Assembly (NCBI GenBank): GCA_963706735.1
Contig: CAVPNQ010000072.1
Span: 4,932-68,931, forward strand
Length of the DNA stretch: 64,000 nucleotides
Direction of reading: 5' to 3'
DNA from: an uncultured Planctomycetia bacterium
GTDB lineage: Bacteria > Planctomycetota > MHYJ01 > WSZJ01
The notes under the pieces are model-generated. The model was not told where the DNA came from and did not search any database. It saw only the letters and a program-made list of their open reading frames with translations. The position numbers and the translations under genes were made by a program. Each line of letters begins with the position of its first letter. The first letter of the stretch is position 1. Shown here piece after piece: positions 62,547 to 64,000 of this stretch.

Positions 62547-64000
62547 CTACCGTGCACTGGCGAGTCTCCGGACGAACTCCCTTTCTCCGCCGATCGACAG
62601 CGCCTGCCGGCGGAGGCTCGTCGCGGAAGCATCCCGCTGCCGGGCCATCTGCAGCTCGGCGCCCGCGATGTAGAACTCGGCCTGGAGGTTCGGGGTGAGG
62701 CCGGCCGCGTACTTGTTGAACGCATCCATCGGCTCGCGGCCCGAGAGCGCGTCCATCACGGCCTTCCACTCCGGGTGCGCGCCTTCGCCCTCGAGCGACG
62801 GCACCAGGCGGTCGCGCATCCCCATCCACGAAAGCGCCGCCGCCTCGAGAATCGCGCCGATCAGGTGCTGCGGCTGCGGCGTCGCCGAATACTCCTTCGA
62901 GTGCGACGCCAGCGACGTCAGCGCCTCCTGCGGGCCGCTTCCCACGATCCAGCACAGCGCGAGCCAGTTGCGCGCCCAGGCGCCCTCGACGGACGGGTGC
63001 GGCGTCTCCTTCATGACGACGGAGAGCCAGCGGCGGGCGTTCTCGAGTTCGCCGGAAGCGATCAGGGTTTCGCAGAGCCAGAGGATGACGCGCCAGCGGT
63101 CGCGCTTGCCGAGGCGTGCGCCGAGGGCGAGGGTGGCGTGGAGCGCGAGCCGCGAGCCCTGGACGAGCGCGGGGGTCATGCCGGCGCGCGCGAGCGCCGT
63201 GTGGCACTCGAGGCGGACGGGGACGTTGTGCGGGTAGACGGAGAGGATGCGAAGCGACTCGGCGCGGATCTTCGGCTTGCCGCCCATGAGGCCGGCGAGC
63301 GCCATGAGTTCGGAGATGACTTGGCCGGTCTCGTGCGGCTCGAGCCAGGGCTCGCGGAGGAGCTGTTCGTAGAGGGAAGCGCCGAGCTCGGCGGACTCGC
63401 GGCTGACGCGGTCGGCCGTGGTCATGAGCAGCGTCCAGATCTCGACGCGGACGGGGGCGTCCACGAAGCGGCGGCAGCCGTCGCGCAGCGCTTCCCAGGC
63501 TTCCATGATGTTCTTGGAGCGGAAGCCGAGGCGGGCGCGGCCGAGGGCGGAGAGGGCTTCGAGCGTGGTGCCCTCGAGCTGGCGGAGTTCCTCGAGGGCG
63601 GCGTCGTTTTCGCCGAGCTCGATGGAGCAGAGGGCGGACTTGTATCGGGCGATGAGGCCTTCGTCGCGGTCGGGGTGGGAGAGGGCGAGTTCGCGGTAGA
63701 GCTCGCGGGCCTCGGTGAGCTGGCCGAGCTGGAAGAGCTTGTCGGGGAGGGCGAGGAACGCGAGCTGGAGCGGGGCGCCGCGGGTTTCGACCATGACGCG
63801 GCGGAGGAAGATCCCGGGCCCGTCGGCGGCGATGGCGACGCGGTTGCCGCGGAGGGGGAAGACGTCGCGGTATTCGAGGGCGCGTGCGCCGTTGATGAAG
63901 AGCGAGATGCGGTCTCCTTCGCGCATGACGAGGAGCTCGTAATCGGCGCCGGCGGACAGGCGCAGGTCGAGGCGGCGGATCGCGATCACGCCGTCCCGCA
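62547..64000 (-). CDS. Paralog of the kinase C-terminal region (jelly-roll + TPR-like), 3' part of a gene whose start lies beyond the window
   Basis: About 60% identity to the C-terminal half of the adjacent kinase (…PLQLAFLALPDKLFQLG…HPDRDEGLIARYKSALCSIELGE…). Frame is open to the window edge. Confidence 0.7.
   Translation of the reverse strand, partial: RDGVIAIRRLDLRLSAGADYELLVMREGDRISLFINGARALEYRDVFPLRGNRVAIAADGPGIFLRRVMVETRGAPLQLAFLALPDKLFQLGQLTEARELYRELALSHPDRDEGLIARYKSALCSIELGENDAALEELRQLEGTTLEALSALGRARLGFRSKNIMEAWEALRDGCRRFVDAPVRVEIWTLLMTTADRVSRESAELGASLYEQLLREPWLEPHETGQVISELMALAGLMGGKPKIRAESLRILSVYPHNVPVRLECHTALARAGMTPALVQGSRLALHATLALGARLGKRDRWRVILWLCETLIASGELENARRWLSVVMKETPHPSVEGAWARNWLALCWIVGSGPQEALTSLASHSKEYSATPQPQHLIGAILEAAALSWMGMRDRLVPSLEGEGAHPEWKAVMDALSGREPMDAFNKYAAGLTPNLQAEFYIAGAELQMARQRDASATSLRRQALSIGGEREFVRRLASAR

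Noticed and set aside
59522-62673. 635-aa minus and 903-aa plus ORFs overlapping the kinase gene
   Set aside because: R/P-rich (minus) and A/G/E-rich (plus) shadow frames. The kinase frame has all Hanks subdomains.
1-64000. CRISPR arrays, rRNA/tRNA genes, transposases/integrases
   Set aside because: No regularly spaced direct repeats with unique spacers, no rRNA/tRNA-like cloverleaf segments and no transposase- or integrase-like ORFs were seen on either strand. The only repeats are the inverted repeats and short tandem repeats listed as features.

Overview
High-GC (roughly 68-70% by eye) chromosomal segment from a diderm bacterium, dense with outer-membrane barrels, lipoproteins and Tat/Sec signal peptides. 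A globin-coupled histidine kinase of the AfGcHK architecture and several sigma54-dependent regulators fit a Myxococcota/Deltaproteobacteria-like organism, but I cannot assign a taxon from sequence alone. Coding density is high. Most long ORFs in the six-frame track that overlap antisense to the genes below are R/P/G-rich shadow frames typical of high-GC DNA, and I rejected them.

Gene content in order:
- 12-9878: a DUF3857/transglutaminase-like protein; a low-GC zinc-ribbon ORF; two tandem isoaspartyl peptidase/asparaginase paralogs; a coiled-coil protein; CutA; a secreted TPR+PQQ beta-propeller protein; a SIMPL-domain protein; a small secreted protein.
- 10057-12634: an NtrC-type sigma54 regulator; a SAM methyltransferase translationally coupled (GTGA) to a small ORF.
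- 12854-21185: a complete phosphate-starvation locus, i.e. OprO/P-family porin, an inversely oriented STAS gene, phoU, pstB, long-form pstA and pstC, and pstS.
- 21258-31348: a DUF2238 membrane protein; an acetyl-CoA hydrolase/transferase::GNAT fusion; an OM barrel; an HMA-domain lipoprotein whose two metal-binding Cys codons are both TGA; SCP2; cysS; ispF; two paralogous alginate-export-like OM barrels; ispD.
- 31385-40560: rlmN; a GGDEF protein; a sigma54 promoter driving an NtrC-type regulator plus a formate/nitrite-family transporter; a globin-coupled sensor kinase; three tandem-USP genes.
- 41251-52185: mobB; a GAF-PAS kinase; and, all on the minus strand with a clean rho-independent terminator, a type II DMSO-reductase-family cluster. 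The cluster encodes a lipoprotein diheme cytochrome c::EB_dh heme-b gamma fusion, a Zn-ribbon hypothetical, a Tat-exported 1146-aa alpha subunit, a 90-aa ORF, a 424-aa beta subunit and a TorD/NarJ-like chaperone. The subunit sizes and sequence resemble Nitrospira/anammox-type periplasmic nitrite oxidoreductase (NXR).
- 52734-59673: a divergently transcribed heme-copper oxidase operon fed by two amicyanin-type cupredoxin lipoproteins, with two subunit IV copies, two subunit III-like genes and a His-rich CoxA N-terminus. It ends in a small signal-peptide protein with an in-frame TGA (Cys-Sec dyad candidate).
- 59683-64000: two paralogous Ser/Thr kinases with jelly-roll plus TPR-like tails.

Most notable:
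1. The NXR-like module with its unusual accessory genes, its linkage to a cupredoxin-fed oxidase and a shared AT-rich sigma54-type control region.
2. Two candidate selenoproteins: a UxxU HMA lipoprotein and a CU small membrane protein.
3. A hypoxia/NO-type regulatory island with a globin-coupled kinase.
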